Below are positions 33,880 through 43,743 of a stretch of 64,000 bases of DNA, piece by piece (within the stretch, counting starts at the first letter, position 1; each line of letters begins with the position of its first letter). The position numbers were made by a program, and so were the translations under genes. The stretch covers positions 640,001 through 704,000 of the forward strand of contig CAWJKZ010000013.1 in NCBI GenBank assembly GCA_963843575.1, in the 5' to 3' direction. This DNA comes from an uncultured Acidobacteriota bacterium. GTDB taxonomy: Bacteria > Acidobacteriota > UBA6911. The notes under the pieces are model-generated. The model was not told the origin of the DNA. It searched no databases and saw nothing but the letters and a program-made list of their open reading frames with translations.

Positions 33880-36261
33880 GTGCCCATGTCGGTTGCGGAA
33901 TTGAAACGAAGCGAGCGCAAGACGGAAGAGGAGCCCCGGGAAGAGAAGGTGGAGATTCCCGAAACCTTGCCGGTGCTCCCGCTGCGGGATGTTGTTACAT
34001 TCCCGTATATGATCATCCCGCTCCTGATCTCGCACGACAAAGCGATCAGCGCGGTCGATCACGCCCTGGCCCAGAACCGCATGATTTTTCTCGCCGCCCA
34101 GCGGGATCAGGAGATCGAAAACCCCACATCCAAGGACATGTACGACGTCGGGACCGTCGGCATGGTGATCCGTATGCTGAAGATGCCGGACCAGAAGGTC
34201 CGTGTCCTGGTGCAGGGGATTGCCCGCGCCCACGCCGAGCGCTGGGAGGAGTCCCGGCCGTACATGCAGGCCAACATCGAACTGCTCGAGGAAGTCGCCC
34301 CCGAGATGACGAGTCTTCAGGTCGAAGCCCTCATCCGCAACGTGAACGCGGCGTTGGAGAAGGCCGCCTCGCTGGGCAAGAACATCTCGCAGGAAATGAT
34401 GGTCATCGCGGCCAGCCTCGAGGATCCCGGCAGGCTGGCCGATCTGACAGCCTCGAACGTCTCGCTCAAGGTGGACGAGGCTCAGGAAATACTGTCGATC
34501 CTCGATCCGTCCAGGAGGCTGCGACGCATCCACGAATTGCTGACCCGTGAAGTCGAATTGCTGACGGTGCAGCAGGAAATCAATTCCCAGGCCAAAGGCG
34601 AAATCGACAAGGGGCAGCGGGAGTACTACCTGAGGCAGCAGCTCAAGGCCATTCAGACGGAGCTCGGCGAGGGGAACGATTTCGCGGAGGACATCCAGCG
34701 TTACATCCGCAAGGCCGACGAGATCAAGATGCCGCGTGAGGCGCGCGAGGAGTTCGACCGGCAGGTGCGCCGGCTCGAGCGGATGCACCCCGACTCCTCG
34801 GAAACGGCGACGCTGCGCACCTACCTGGACTGGATGGTGTCGCTCCCCTGGACCGCCGAGACTAAGGACAACCTCGACCTGCGCAAGGCACGCAAGATTC
34901 TCAACGAGGATCATTATGGGCTCGAGAAGATCAAGGGTCGCATCCTCGAACACCTGGCGGTCCGGAAACTGAAACAGGACAGCAAGGGGCCAATCCTCTG
35001 TTTTGTGGGCCCGCCCGGGACCGGCAAGACTTCCCTCGGCAAGTCTATTGCCCGGGCGCTCGGACGACGTTTCGTGCGTGTCAGCCTCGGGGGTGTGCAC
35101 GATGAGGCCGAAATCCGCGGGCACCGGCGCACCTATGTCGGGGCCATGCCGGGACGCGTCATCCAGGGGCTGCAGCAGGCTTCGTCGAACAACCCGGTGT
35201 TCATCCTCGACGAGGTCGACAAGATCGGCGCCGATTTCCGCGGCGACCCCTCGTCGGCGCTGCTCGAAGTGCTCGACCCCGAACAGAACAACACTTTCCG
35301 CGACAATTATCTGCAGGTCCCGTTCGACCTGTCGCGCGTCCTTTTCCTCACGACTGCGAACGTGCTCGACACGATTCAGCCGGCCTTCCGGGACCGGATG
35401 GAGGTGATTCGGCTGTCCGGCTACACGGAGGAGGAAAAAATCCAGATCGCGCGGCGGCATCTCATCCCCAAGCAGCTCGAGGCTCACGGCCTCAAAGAGG
35501 CCGACCTCACCATCCCGGATGAAGTCGTGCGGGCCATCATCCGCGGCTACACCAGCGAGGCCGGGTTGCGCAACCTGGAACGCGAGATCGCGGCGATCTG
35601 CCGAAGGGTGGCTATGCGTTTCGCAATGGGGAGACGGAGGCCGGTGGTCGTGAACAAGGCCCGTCTCTCGCAGCTGCTCGGGCCGGCGCGCAAGCTGCAG
35701 GAGGAGCAGCTCACCCGCGACCAGGTCGGCGTCGCCACCGGGCTTGCCTGGACCCCCGTCGGGGGCGAGATCCTGTTTGTCGAGGCGCAGGCCATGCAGG
35801 GCAAAGGAGCGCTCATCCTGACCGGCCAGATGGGTGACGTCATGAAGGAGTCGGCCCAGGCCGCGCTCAGCTATGCGCGGGCCCATGCCGGGCAGTATGG
35901 CATCAGCACGGATTTCTTCGGCTCGCACGACTTCCACATCCACATCCCCGAGGGGGCGATCCCGAAAGACGGCCCGTCGGCCGGGGTGACGCTCGCATCG
36001 GCGCTGATTTCCGCGTGCACGGGGCGCCCGATCCACCGGAGCATCGCGATGACCGGAGAAATCACGCTCCGCGGGGAGGTGCTGCCGGTCGGCGGCATCA
36101 AGGAAAAGGTCCTGGCGGCCCACCGCAACCAGTTGCGGACCGTGATGCTGCCTCGCCCCAACCAGAAGGACCTTCGCGAGATCCCCCGCGACCTGCGACG
36201 CGAGATGAAGGTAATACTGGTCGACAAGGTCAACGACGTCCTGAAGCGCGCCCTTGTGTGA
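33880..36261 (+). CDS. lon: ATP-dependent protease La
   Basis: [42 protein letters not shown]. Confidence 0.98.
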   Translation: MPMSVAELKRSERKTEEEPREEKVEIPETLPVLPLRDVVTFPYMIIPLLISHDKAISAVDHALAQNRMIFLAAQRDQEIENPTSKDMYDVGTVGMVIRMLKMPDQKVRVLVQGIARAHAERWEESRPYMQANIELLEEVAPEMTSLQVEALIRNVNAALEKAASLGKNISQEMMVIAASLEDPGRLADLTASNVSLKVDEAQEILSILDPSRRLRRIHELLTREVELLTVQQEINSQAKGEIDKGQREYYLRQQLKAIQTELGEGNDFAEDIQRYIRKADEIKMPREAREEFDRQVRRLERMHPDSSETATLRTYLDWMVSLPWTAETKDNLDLRKARKILNEDHYGLEKIKGRILEHLAVRKLKQDSKGPILCFVGPPGTGKTSLGKSIARALGRRFVRVSLGGVHDEAEIRGHRRTYVGAMPGRVIQGLQQASSNNPVFILDEVDKIGADFRGDPSSALLEVLDPEQNNTFRDNYLQVPFDLSRVLFLTTANVLDTIQPAFRDRMEVIRLSGYTEEEKIQIARRHLIPKQLEAHGLKEADLTIPDEVVRAIIRGYTSEAGLRNLEREIAAICRRVAMRFAMGRRRPVVVNKARLSQLLGPARKLQEEQLTRDQVGVATGLAWTPVGGEILFVEAQAMQGKGALILTGQMGDVMKESAQAALSYARAHAGQYGISTDFFGSHDFHIHIPEGAIPKDGPSAGVTLASALISACTGRPIHRSIAMTGEITLRGEVLPVGGIKEKVLAAHRNQLRTVMLPRPNQKDLREIPRDLRREMKVILVDKVNDVLKRALV

Positions 36262-36456
36262 GCGCGCGCCCGGTTGAAGAGGGTGCCGGTCAGCCGGACT
36301 GGGGACCACCCCAAAGCAACTTGTCACGGAAGATACGGAAAAAAGCCGTAGGACACGGAAGGCCTACCGAGTTCTCGGGGCCTTCATAGGCGAGCTTCTG
36401 ACTGACCGCTGAGCTTCGAGGACGCAGCCGATTCGCGTCGAGCCGCCGCACTCCAC

Positions 36457-37485
36457 ATGGATAACGAAGACGACATCGTACGCTCGCTGGCCGCTCGGTT
36501 CCGCAAACGCTCCCCCGGCGTGCGCCTGGGTATCGGGGACGACGCCGCCGTCGTGCGGCTGAAGGGTTCGGCCGAGGACCTCGTCGTCACCACCGACATG
36601 CTCGTGGAGGATGTCGATTTCCGCCGCGCCTGGATGCGCCCCGGGCAGCTCGGCCACAAGTCGCTGGCGGTAAACTTGAGCGATCTCGCCGCAATGGGGG
36701 CACGGCCGCGGTTCTATCTGGTCGCGCTCGCGCTGCCGCGCGGTGTCGGGGACAGCTGGATTCGCGCGTTTTATGCGGGTATGAAGAGACTGGGGGACGC
36801 GACCGGGGCGGAGTTGCTCGGGGGTGACCTCTCCGGCTCTCCGTCGGGGCTCCAGATCACGATAACCGTCCTGGGCGCGACCCGTGGTCGCAGGTACCTG
36901 GCCCGCTCCGGCGGCCGGCCGGGCGAGCCGATCTTCGTGACCGGAACGCTGGGCAGGGCGGCCGCGGGGCTGAAGCTCCTACAGCAAGGCACCCTCAAGG
37001 GAAGAAGCAGGGCCGAACGCGAGGCGCTGGCCGCGCACCGCACTCCGTCACCGAGGTGCGATGCCGGCCAGTGGCTCGCGGCCAGCGGGCTGGTGTCGAG
37101 CATGATGGACCTCAGCGACGGGCTGTCGGCCGACCTGCCGAGGCTCTGCGCCGCCTCCGGCACCGGAGCGGTGGTCGAGGCGGGCAGTCTGCCGCTGTTT
37201 TCGCAATCGCGGCGCTGGGGGTGCGACCCGCTCGCGCTCGCGCTGCACGGCGGCGAGGACTTCGAACTGCTCTTCACGGTCCCGACCGCCAAGGTCGAAC
37301 GTCTGCAGAAAACCTACCCGGCTGGGTTCCCCACGCCGACCGCCGTGGGCCGGCTGGTCGCCGGCCACAAGGTAGAGTGGATGACTCAGGCCGGCCGGAA
37401 ACCCGAAACGCTCCCTAACCTGGGATTCGATCACTTCAGAATTCCGCCCGAGTCGTCGAACCCTTCCGGCCCAAGCCTCGTCTGA
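36457..37485 (+). CDS. thiL: Thiamine-monophosphate kinase
   Basis: GIGDDAA, NLSDLAAMG, GGD, DLSDGL, GGEDFEL. Confidence 0.95.
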   Translation: MDNEDDIVRSLAARFRKRSPGVRLGIGDDAAVVRLKGSAEDLVVTTDMLVEDVDFRRAWMRPGQLGHKSLAVNLSDLAAMGARPRFYLVALALPRGVGDSWIRAFYAGMKRLGDATGAELLGGDLSGSPSGLQITITVLGATRGRRYLARSGGRPGEPIFVTGTLGRAAAGLKLLQQGTLKGRSRAEREALAAHRTPSPRCDAGQWLAASGLVSSMMDLSDGLSADLPRLCAASGTGAVVEAGSLPLFSQSRRWGCDPLALALHGGEDFELLFTVPTAKVERLQKTYPAGFPTPTAVGRLVAGHKVEWMTQAGRKPETLPNLGFDHFRIPPESSNPSGPSLV

Positions 37486-37539
37486 AATTCATCTGAGGAG
37501 CCGGTGCAGTTGCCGCCGATAAGGTGTTATCATGGATAC

Positions 37540-37725
37540 TGCATTGCGCGGGTTCGCGGCGAGACTTAAGGCCGGGGACCGGCTTGACCTAAAATGTGAT
37601 GTACCGAGTGGCGGAGAAGATTGCTTCACCCGTGAACGATTTTCCATCCTGTCTTCTTCCCTGATTCGCCCAATCCCAGGTGGTTTGAGGTCGAGACATC
37701 ACGAGTTTGTCCCGGTGTCTTTTTT
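37540..37725 (+). ncRNA. Candidate structured leader RNA (riboswitch-like or RNase III target), unclassified
   Basis: Extended -10 TGtTATCAT at 37525-37533; several long complementary segments; terminator-like stem plus U-tract ending at the next ATG. Confidence 0.4.
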
Positions 37726-38199
37726 ATGGCGCGTAACCGGATGCTGAGATTCCTGAGCCGTCTGCTTAACCTGAACGACACGCCCCAGCGCATCGCGTTG
37801 GCATTCGCCATCGGCGTGTTTCTCGCTTTCACGCCACTGCTCGGCCTGCACACCTTCCTCGGGCTCACCCTGGCTTTTCTTTTTGGCCTGAACCGGGTCG
37901 CCGTGTTGATCGGCCTGTTCGTGAACAACCCGTGGACCCTGCTGCCGATCTACGGCGCCGCCGTTTACGTTGGCGGCCTGCTGGTCGGCTTCCCGGCGGC
38001 ATCAGCCCTGCCCGATTTCGGTTGGCAGCAGGTCTGGCACGCAAGTTTCTGGTTGCGGCTCGTCCGCGACTGGAGGGTCCTCAAACCCCTCGTTCTCGGC
38101 TCTGTGGTGCTTTCGCTTGCGGCCTCGGTGCTTTCGTATATGCTGGCCCTGGTTCTCATCCAGAAGAGGAAGGCCCGGAAAGCGCGACACGGCGCCTGA
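37726..38199 (+). CDS. DUF2062 membrane protein
   Basis: DTPQRIALAFAIGVF...P..G.H, NNPWT..PIY. Confidence 0.88.
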   Translation: MARNRMLRFLSRLLNLNDTPQRIALAFAIGVFLAFTPLLGLHTFLGLTLAFLFGLNRVAVLIGLFVNNPWTLLPIYGAAVYVGGLLVGFPAASALPDFGWQQVWHASFWLRLVRDWRVLKPLVLGSVVLSLAASVLSYMLALVLIQKRKARKARHGA

Positions 38200-38269
38200 G
38201 ATTCGCCCGTTCTTGCACAAACACCTGCCTGTCGGTAAGAATCGTCCTCGAGTGCTGTGGAGACTACCC

Positions 38270-39793
38270 ATGAAGGTCCCGTTCCGTTTGACCGTCCTCG
38301 GGGTTGCCCTGATGTGCGCGGCGGTCCCCCCCGCCCCGGCGCAGTTGATCGTCGAGGACATCGTCAACGTGCGCTTTCAACCCGATGTCCGGGTGTTTGC
38401 GGTCATGGCCGCGCTGAACGCGGCCGGCTTCGACACCGACGCCGGTGCGAACGAGCTGGCCGAAAACCCCACGCGGCGACTCGTGCGCGAACACCTGGCC
38501 GCGATCCCGCAGGAACTGCGGGTTCGTCTGCGCGACTTCTATGCCGCCGCGGCGGGTGAGACGGAGCCCGTGCTCCGGCAAGGCCGGTTCATCTCCTATG
38601 CCCTTCTCCTGAACGGCCCGCCCTCGTTCAGGCTGCCGTTCAAGGCCGAAGAAGTCCCGGAGGAAGCGCGGGCCGCGATCGGATTCGAAAAGCTCGTCGC
38701 CGAACTCTGGCGCCAGGCGGGGCTGGCGACGGTGTGGAGCAAGGTGACGCCACAATACGTCGCCGAGATCGAATCCTACCGGCCGATCATCCGGGACATG
38801 ATCGTCGGGGTCCTTCGCTATGCGCGCACCGAGGCGCGCATAGCGCTTGACCGGGAAGTCACCTTCATCCCGGATCTGCTCAACGCCTATGGCGTGGTCA
38901 ACGGGCGCAACATCTCGAGCACCTATGTCGTCGTGGTCGGCCCGAGCCGTGCCCGCGAGGTGCCGCTGCGCTCCGTGCGGCACGAGTACCTTCATTTTCT
39001 CCTCGACCCGCTCGTCGCCAAATACTGGAGCCGCGTCCCGGACCCGGCCCCCTTTCTGGCGCGGGTGGGGGAGCTCCCCGCGGCCTGGCCGCGCTACCGC
39101 TCTGACTTCAACATGGTGCTGACCGAATCGCTGATTCGCGCGCTCGAACTGCGGCTCGCGGCGGATGCGGGCAACGAGGCGACAGCCCGGCTCGTGGAAC
39201 TGTACGACCAGGGGCTGATTCTGGCGCCCAATTTCTACGAGGCGTTCGGCCGGTTCGAGACGCGCTCGGAACCCCTGAATGCCTGTTTCCCGGAGCTGAT
39301 TGCCGGGTTGACCTGGGAACGTGAAGCGGGTCGGGCGGAGTCCGTGGCGCACCTGCGCGCGGAGGCCGCCGCGCGCAGCGCTCGCGCAACCCTCCCCGCG
39401 CCGGACGAAGATCCTGCCCGCAAGGAGATCCGCGCGCTCCTCGTCGAAGGGAACCGCCTGCTGCAGGCGCGCTCCTTCGAACGGGCGGCCGAAGTGCTCC
39501 AGAGGGCGCTCGGCCTCGATCCGGGCAATGCCGCCGTCCTGTTCGGACTCGGCCAGGCCTCCATGCAACTCCAGGATTTCGAACACGCCCTCGATTACTA
39601 CAGCAAGGCTGCAGCCGCGGCCAGCCCGGGTGAAGCCTGGGTCGCCGCCTGGTCCTACGTGTACCGCGGCAACGTCTTCCGGTTCCTCGACGAGCCTGAA
39701 AAAGCGAAGGTGGAGTGGAATCGGGCCCTGCAGCTGGCAGGGGACCTGCGCGGCGCTGCCGACGCGGCCACCAAGGCGCTCGCTTCGAGATGA
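38270..39793 (+). CDS. Exported HExxH-domain protein with C-terminal TPR repeats
   Basis: Signal peptide APA-Q; RHEYLH with downstream ESLIRA; TPR helices at the C-terminus. Confidence 0.75.
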   Translation: MKVPFRLTVLGVALMCAAVPPAPAQLIVEDIVNVRFQPDVRVFAVMAALNAAGFDTDAGANELAENPTRRLVREHLAAIPQELRVRLRDFYAAAAGETEPVLRQGRFISYALLLNGPPSFRLPFKAEEVPEEARAAIGFEKLVAELWRQAGLATVWSKVTPQYVAEIESYRPIIRDMIVGVLRYARTEARIALDREVTFIPDLLNAYGVVNGRNISSTYVVVVGPSRAREVPLRSVRHEYLHFLLDPLVAKYWSRVPDPAPFLARVGELPAAWPRYRSDFNMVLTESLIRALELRLAADAGNEATARLVELYDQGLILAPNFYEAFGRFETRSEPLNACFPELIAGLTWEREAGRAESVAHLRAEAAARSARATLPAPDEDPARKEIRALLVEGNRLLQARSFERAAEVLQRALGLDPGNAAVLFGLGQASMQLQDFEHALDYYSKAAAAASPGEAWVAAWSYVYRGNVFRFLDEPEKAKVEWNRALQLAGDLRGAADAATKALASR

Positions 39794-39855
39794 CGCGCGA
39801 AGTTTCCCAAAACGCCGTGCCCCGGGATACAATGCTCCTGCACGGCGAGGTTCAC

Positions 39856-40578
39856 ATGACCGGAACGCCCGACGTCGATCCATCAGCCGGAGCGATTGCC
39901 GAACTGGAGTCTCTGCTCAGGTATGTGTTCCGGGGCCGCAACCTGCTGCTGACTGCTCTCACACACCGTTCCTATGTCAACGAACACGAGGGCGAGGGAC
40001 TGCATCACAACGAATCGCTCGAATTCCTGGGCGACTCGGTTCTAGGATTCCTCGTCAGCTCCCGCATCTATGCCCGATTCCCCGGCCTCACCGAGGGCGG
40101 GTTGAGCAAGATCAAGGCTTACCTCGTCAGCGCGGCCAGTCTGGTCGGCCTGGCCGAGAAGATCCGGCTGGGTGACTACCTGCGGCTGAGCCACGGCGAG
40201 GAGAAGACCGGCGGGCGCCGGAAGAAGGCGATCCTGGCCGATGCTTACGAGGCGCTCATCGCGGCGATCTTCCTCGATGGCGGCATCGACGCCTGCGCCA
40301 GGGTGTTCGAAGCGCAGATGGCCGACACGCTCGAGCACCTGGACTTGAGCCAGTTCACGTACGGCGATTTCAAGTCCGCCCTGCAGGAGCAGCTGCACGA
40401 ACTCGGCCGGTCGGAACCCGGCTACCGCGTCGTCGACGAGATCGGCCCGGACCACCGCAAGGTTTTTGTCGTGCAGGTTGTCGTCGACGGGCAAATGATC
40501 TCCGAGGGAACCGGCCGGACCAAGAAGGAAGCCCAGCAGGAGGCCGCGCGCGTAGCCCTCGACAGTCTCAGGAAATGA
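39856..40578 (+). CDS. rnc: Ribonuclease III
   Basis: ALTHRS, NESLEFLGDSVLG, ADAYEALIAAIFLD, dsRBD KKEAQQEAA; alternative start 39790. Confidence 0.97.
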   Translation: MTGTPDVDPSAGAIAELESLLRYVFRGRNLLLTALTHRSYVNEHEGEGLHHNESLEFLGDSVLGFLVSSRIYARFPGLTEGGLSKIKAYLVSAASLVGLAEKIRLGDYLRLSHGEEKTGGRRKKAILADAYEALIAAIFLDGGIDACARVFEAQMADTLEHLDLSQFTYGDFKSALQEQLHELGRSEPGYRVVDEIGPDHRKVFVVQVVVDGQMISEGTGRTKKEAQQEAARVALDSLRK

Positions 40579-40609
40579 GACGCTGCAGGCCGCGACTCGA
40601 GGGCACGAC

Positions 40610-42037
40610 TCATTTCAGCTCCGACAGGCGGCGCAGGGCTTCGGCGTTGCGGGGATCCCAGCGCAACACCTGCATATACTGCGCCTCGGCCCTCCGCGGC
40701 AGCTGCACTTTGACGTACAGCATGCCCAGCGCAAGCCGGACTTCGATGTTCATCGGGTCCAGCTCGATGGCCTTCAGCAGGTTCTGCTCCGCCTCCTTCC
40801 TGTGTTTTTTGAGTTGGGACTGGGCCACGCCGAGGAGAAGCCGGTATCTCGCCACGTCGGGCCTCAGGAAGACACACTCGCCCAACGTCGCCGCCGCCTT
40901 TTCGTAATCCTTGTCCAGGAGAGCGTCCTGGCCGACGCGGCACAGCGCGCGCGCAGTCTTGTCCTTGTCGAGATCTACGCCGGAGCGCGCCTGCAGCGCT
41001 ACTTCCACCTGGCTGTCCTTCGTCCGTCTCTGCTCGTCGTATACAGCCCGGGATGCGGGTTCGCTCAGGGTCCTGTAGGCTGCGGTGACGTACGTAAACA
41101 CCCTCTCCGCGGCTTGGCGCAACGCCGGGCTGAAGCGGTCGGACTGAAACAAGTCCGGGTGGTATTGCTTCGCGAGCCCGTGGTAGGCGGTCTTTATGTC
41201 CTCGTCGGCGGCGTCGGTGGCGACCGAGAGAATCTCGTAGTGGTTGGCCACCTCAAAACGACGCTCGAGCTCCTCGAGTTTCTGCGCGGCCTCGCACGCC
41301 TCGTTCTCCCGCACCACCTCCCGGTCGACGCGCGCACCCTCGGCCTCGATATTCAGGAACCCGAGCAGGACCAGCCTCATCAGGATCTCGCAGGGCGGAG
41401 GCTCCCCCTCAGGCAGCAACTGAAGAAATTCCCCAACCCGGATCGGGCGCTGCGCGAGCGAGCATCCGTAGGCCTCGGCGGGCTCCAGCGGCAGCTCGGA
41501 CAACAGCAGCCTGCTCCCCTCCACCAGCGAAACCACTCCCGACGCGGGCGGGGTCGCGCGCCGCCGCGCAGCTGCGCTCCGGACCGCCAAGGCGAGCAGG
41601 GCCGGTACGGGCATTTCCAAGTCGAAGTCGCGCCGGATGAGGTCCTCGCAGCCGAAATACCGGACCGTGACCTCCTCCCGCTCGAACGCCGATGCGACGA
41701 CCGCGACCGCCTGATGTCGTGCGGCCTGGCGCAAGGCTTCCGGGCTGACCTCACCACCGGCGAGTATCGCTTCGTCCGCGCTCCTGCCGGACTTCATCCG
41801 GTCCGCGATGATCGGGACTGCCGCCCTCGGCAGCAGGTTCGATTTCACCAGAAGATGCACGAGGTGCTCTTCCGGCTGGTTGCTTTCGACGAAGGCCACG
41901 TGCCCGGAGCGCAGGACCAGCTGCTTCTTCACTTTTCCCCACTCCGTCCGGACGATCCCGCCCCCGGCGGTCTCGTGGAGTTGCAGGAGGGTGTGGTTCA
42001 GCTTGACAATGCCGTTCGTGGACACATTTTTCCCCAC
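40610..42037 (-). CDS. DUF4388-like domain, J-domain and TPR protein
   Basis: NHYEILSV...IKTAYHGLAKQYHPD J-domain; C-terminal TPRs. Confidence 0.8.
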   Translation of the reverse strand: MGKNVSTNGIVKLNHTLLQLHETAGGGIVRTEWGKVKKQLVLRSGHVAFVESNQPEEHLVHLLVKSNLLPRAAVPIIADRMKSGRSADEAILAGGEVSPEALRQAARHQAVAVVASAFEREEVTVRYFGCEDLIRRDFDLEMPVPALLALAVRSAAARRRATPPASGVVSLVEGSRLLLSELPLEPAEAYGCSLAQRPIRVGEFLQLLPEGEPPPCEILMRLVLLGFLNIEAEGARVDREVVRENEACEAAQKLEELERRFEVANHYEILSVATDAADEDIKTAYHGLAKQYHPDLFQSDRFSPALRQAAERVFTYVTAAYRTLSEPASRAVYDEQRRTKDSQVEVALQARSGVDLDKDKTARALCRVGQDALLDKDYEKAAATLGECVFLRPDVARYRLLLGVAQSQLKKHRKEAEQNLLKAIELDPMNIEVRLALGMLYVKVQLPRRAEAQYMQVLRWDPRNAEALRRLSELK

Positions 42038-42082
42038 CCGGACATATCGGCCGTGAAGAGCCCGAACTGAAAGGAAGTCACA

Positions 42083-42817
42083 TCAGTGCCCAGGCTGCAT
42101 AAAGAACCAGTAGCCGATCAGCACAATCGTGTCATAAGCGGCGTGTGAGACGATGGGGGCGACCAAGCTCCGCCGGACGAGGTAGAGGATCCCGAAAAAG
42201 AGGCCCAACACCCCCGCGATCACAACCCCCTGCACGCCCTGCAGATAGTGCCCGGCGGCGAAGGCCGCGCTCCAGAGCGCAAGCCCCAGCCAAGCGCCGC
42301 CGAGGTGCTGTCGGAACCGGGTGAGAATGAAGGCGCGCTGCAGCTCTTCCTTGATGCCTCCGGCCGCGATGCCGGACAGCAGGAAAAGTGCCAGGTCCCG
42401 CGGCGTTCGTATCAGGTCGATGAGAGGGTTGCGGTCGATGTAAAACCCCGGCAAGAACCGACGGAACAGCTCCGACACGAGCGCGTTGGTCAGGAAGAAG
42501 GCTGGAAGAATGGCGAGCCCGATGAGGGCGTTTGCCCCCCAACGCCTCCCGTTGAGACCCAGGTCAGAGAATCCTTCGCCGTGCGCCTTGAGCAGCGCGA
42601 GCAGGAAGACCATCGTGATGGAGGCTTCGAGCAGGATGAAGGCCGCGATCAGCCGGGCGTCGTGCTGCAGCGCCGGCCCCCCCTTCCGGAGGGAGAAGGG
42701 CAGCGCGGCGAAAAAACTCGAAACCACGCCGGAAACCAGCAGTATCTCGAGGAGCGCCTGGGCCCGGTCGAGCCAGCTGCTGCGCGGAGCGACTTCGACC
42801 GGAGGCGATTCATCCAT
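42083..42817 (-). CDS. CPBP (CAAX/Abi) intramembrane metalloprotease
   Basis: EELQRA, FAAGH, SHAAYD motifs; multiple TM segments. Confidence 0.88.
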   Translation of the reverse strand: MDESPPVEVAPRSSWLDRAQALLEILLVSGVVSSFFAALPFSLRKGGPALQHDARLIAAFILLEASITMVFLLALLKAHGEGFSDLGLNGRRWGANALIGLAILPAFFLTNALVSELFRRFLPGFYIDRNPLIDLIRTPRDLALFLLSGIAAGGIKEELQRAFILTRFRQHLGGAWLGLALWSAAFAAGHYLQGVQGVVIAGVLGLFFGILYLVRRSLVAPIVSHAAYDTIVLIGYWFFMQPGH

Positions 42818-42996
42818 CGCTAGACCCTATCAGCAGCCCCCATGGCCAGTCAAGTAACGGCGCCGCGCCGAATTGCGGGATGCGACAGCCGCCGCACTTC
42901 CGCATCAACCGTTGGACAGCCCTTTCTGCCCCGGGCAGGCGGTATTCGGGACTCGATTGCGGCTGTTTTCCCGTATAATACGGGATGTAATGTGTT

Positions 42997-43024
42997 TGAA
43001 CCCTCCGCCGACGGGGCGCGTCTA
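42997..43024 (+). promoter_or_regulatory. Putative ECF promoter
   Basis: TGAAC-N17-CGTCTA, same spacing as the motif at 32595-32620. Confidence 0.5.
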
Positions 43025-43068
43025 CTCTTGTGATCGAGGAGATTTCTACCTGGAATCCGGAGTTTGAG

Positions 43069-43737
43069 ATGACAAACGCAGGCCCTTGGGGGCTCATATT
43101 TCTTCTGGTGATGCTGGCCGTTCCCGCCCCGGCGGGAGCGCAGGGCAGTGCCGATATGACGCTGCCCGAGGGAACCCGCATCGTGCTCCAGCTCAACGAT
43201 TATCTGAGCACGAAGCTCAGCACGGAAGGCGACCGTTTCACCGCCACCGTCATCGTTCCGGTCTACCAGGGCGATCACCTCGTCGTTCCCAAGGGAAGTA
43301 CAATCAGCGGAAGTATTTCGCGCATAGTGCGCCCGGGCCGTTTCAAGGGTAAGGCGGTGATGAACCTGCTCTTCCAGAGCGTTCGGATTCCGGGTAAAGG
43401 ACAGTACCCGATCGTCGCCTCGCTGGCGAGTGTAGAGGCCGAAGGGCACACCGGCGTGCGTGCCGAAAGTACGGTCGAGGGGGACGGGTCGCTGGGTCGG
43501 GACGCGGGACGGGTATTGAGGCCGGGGTTGGCCGGTGCCGGCATCGGCGGGCTCGCGGGCGGCGGCAAAGGAGCCGCCATCGGCAGCGGCGTCGGCGCCG
43601 CGGTCGGGCTGGCTACCGTATTCGCCACGCGCGGCAAGGAACTCGAGGTGCGCCGCGGTTCCACCATGGAAATCGCCCTGGACCGCCCGTTGAGCGTGGC
43701 TCCGGACATCGAGAACAGCGTAGGCCGGACCCGCTGA
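43069..43737 (+). CDS. Exported protein with TrbI/VirB10-like beta domain and glycine zipper
   Basis: Signal peptide; LPEGT.I.L.L..LST, GD.F.A, VPKGS.I.G; GAGIGGLAGGGKGAAIG. Confidence 0.7.
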   Translation: MTNAGPWGLIFLLVMLAVPAPAGAQGSADMTLPEGTRIVLQLNDYLSTKLSTEGDRFTATVIVPVYQGDHLVVPKGSTISGSISRIVRPGRFKGKAVMNLLFQSVRIPGKGQYPIVASLASVEAEGHTGVRAESTVEGDGSLGRDAGRVLRPGLAGAGIGGLAGGGKGAAIGSGVGAAVGLATVFATRGKELEVRRGSTMEIALDRPLSVAPDIENSVGRTR

Positions 43738-43743
43738 TCCTGA

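Noticed and set aside
36262-36456. TPP riboswitch upstream of thiL
   Set aside because: The conserved CTGAGA and ACCTGAT core elements are not present.
37606-37662. tRNA or tRNA-Sec remnant on the minus strand ending TCTTCTCCGCCA, and SAM-I-like GAGTGGCGGAG on the plus strand
   Set aside because: No T-loop or anticodon arm and too short for a tRNA; the SAM-I P1 ATC and GCAAC elements are absent.
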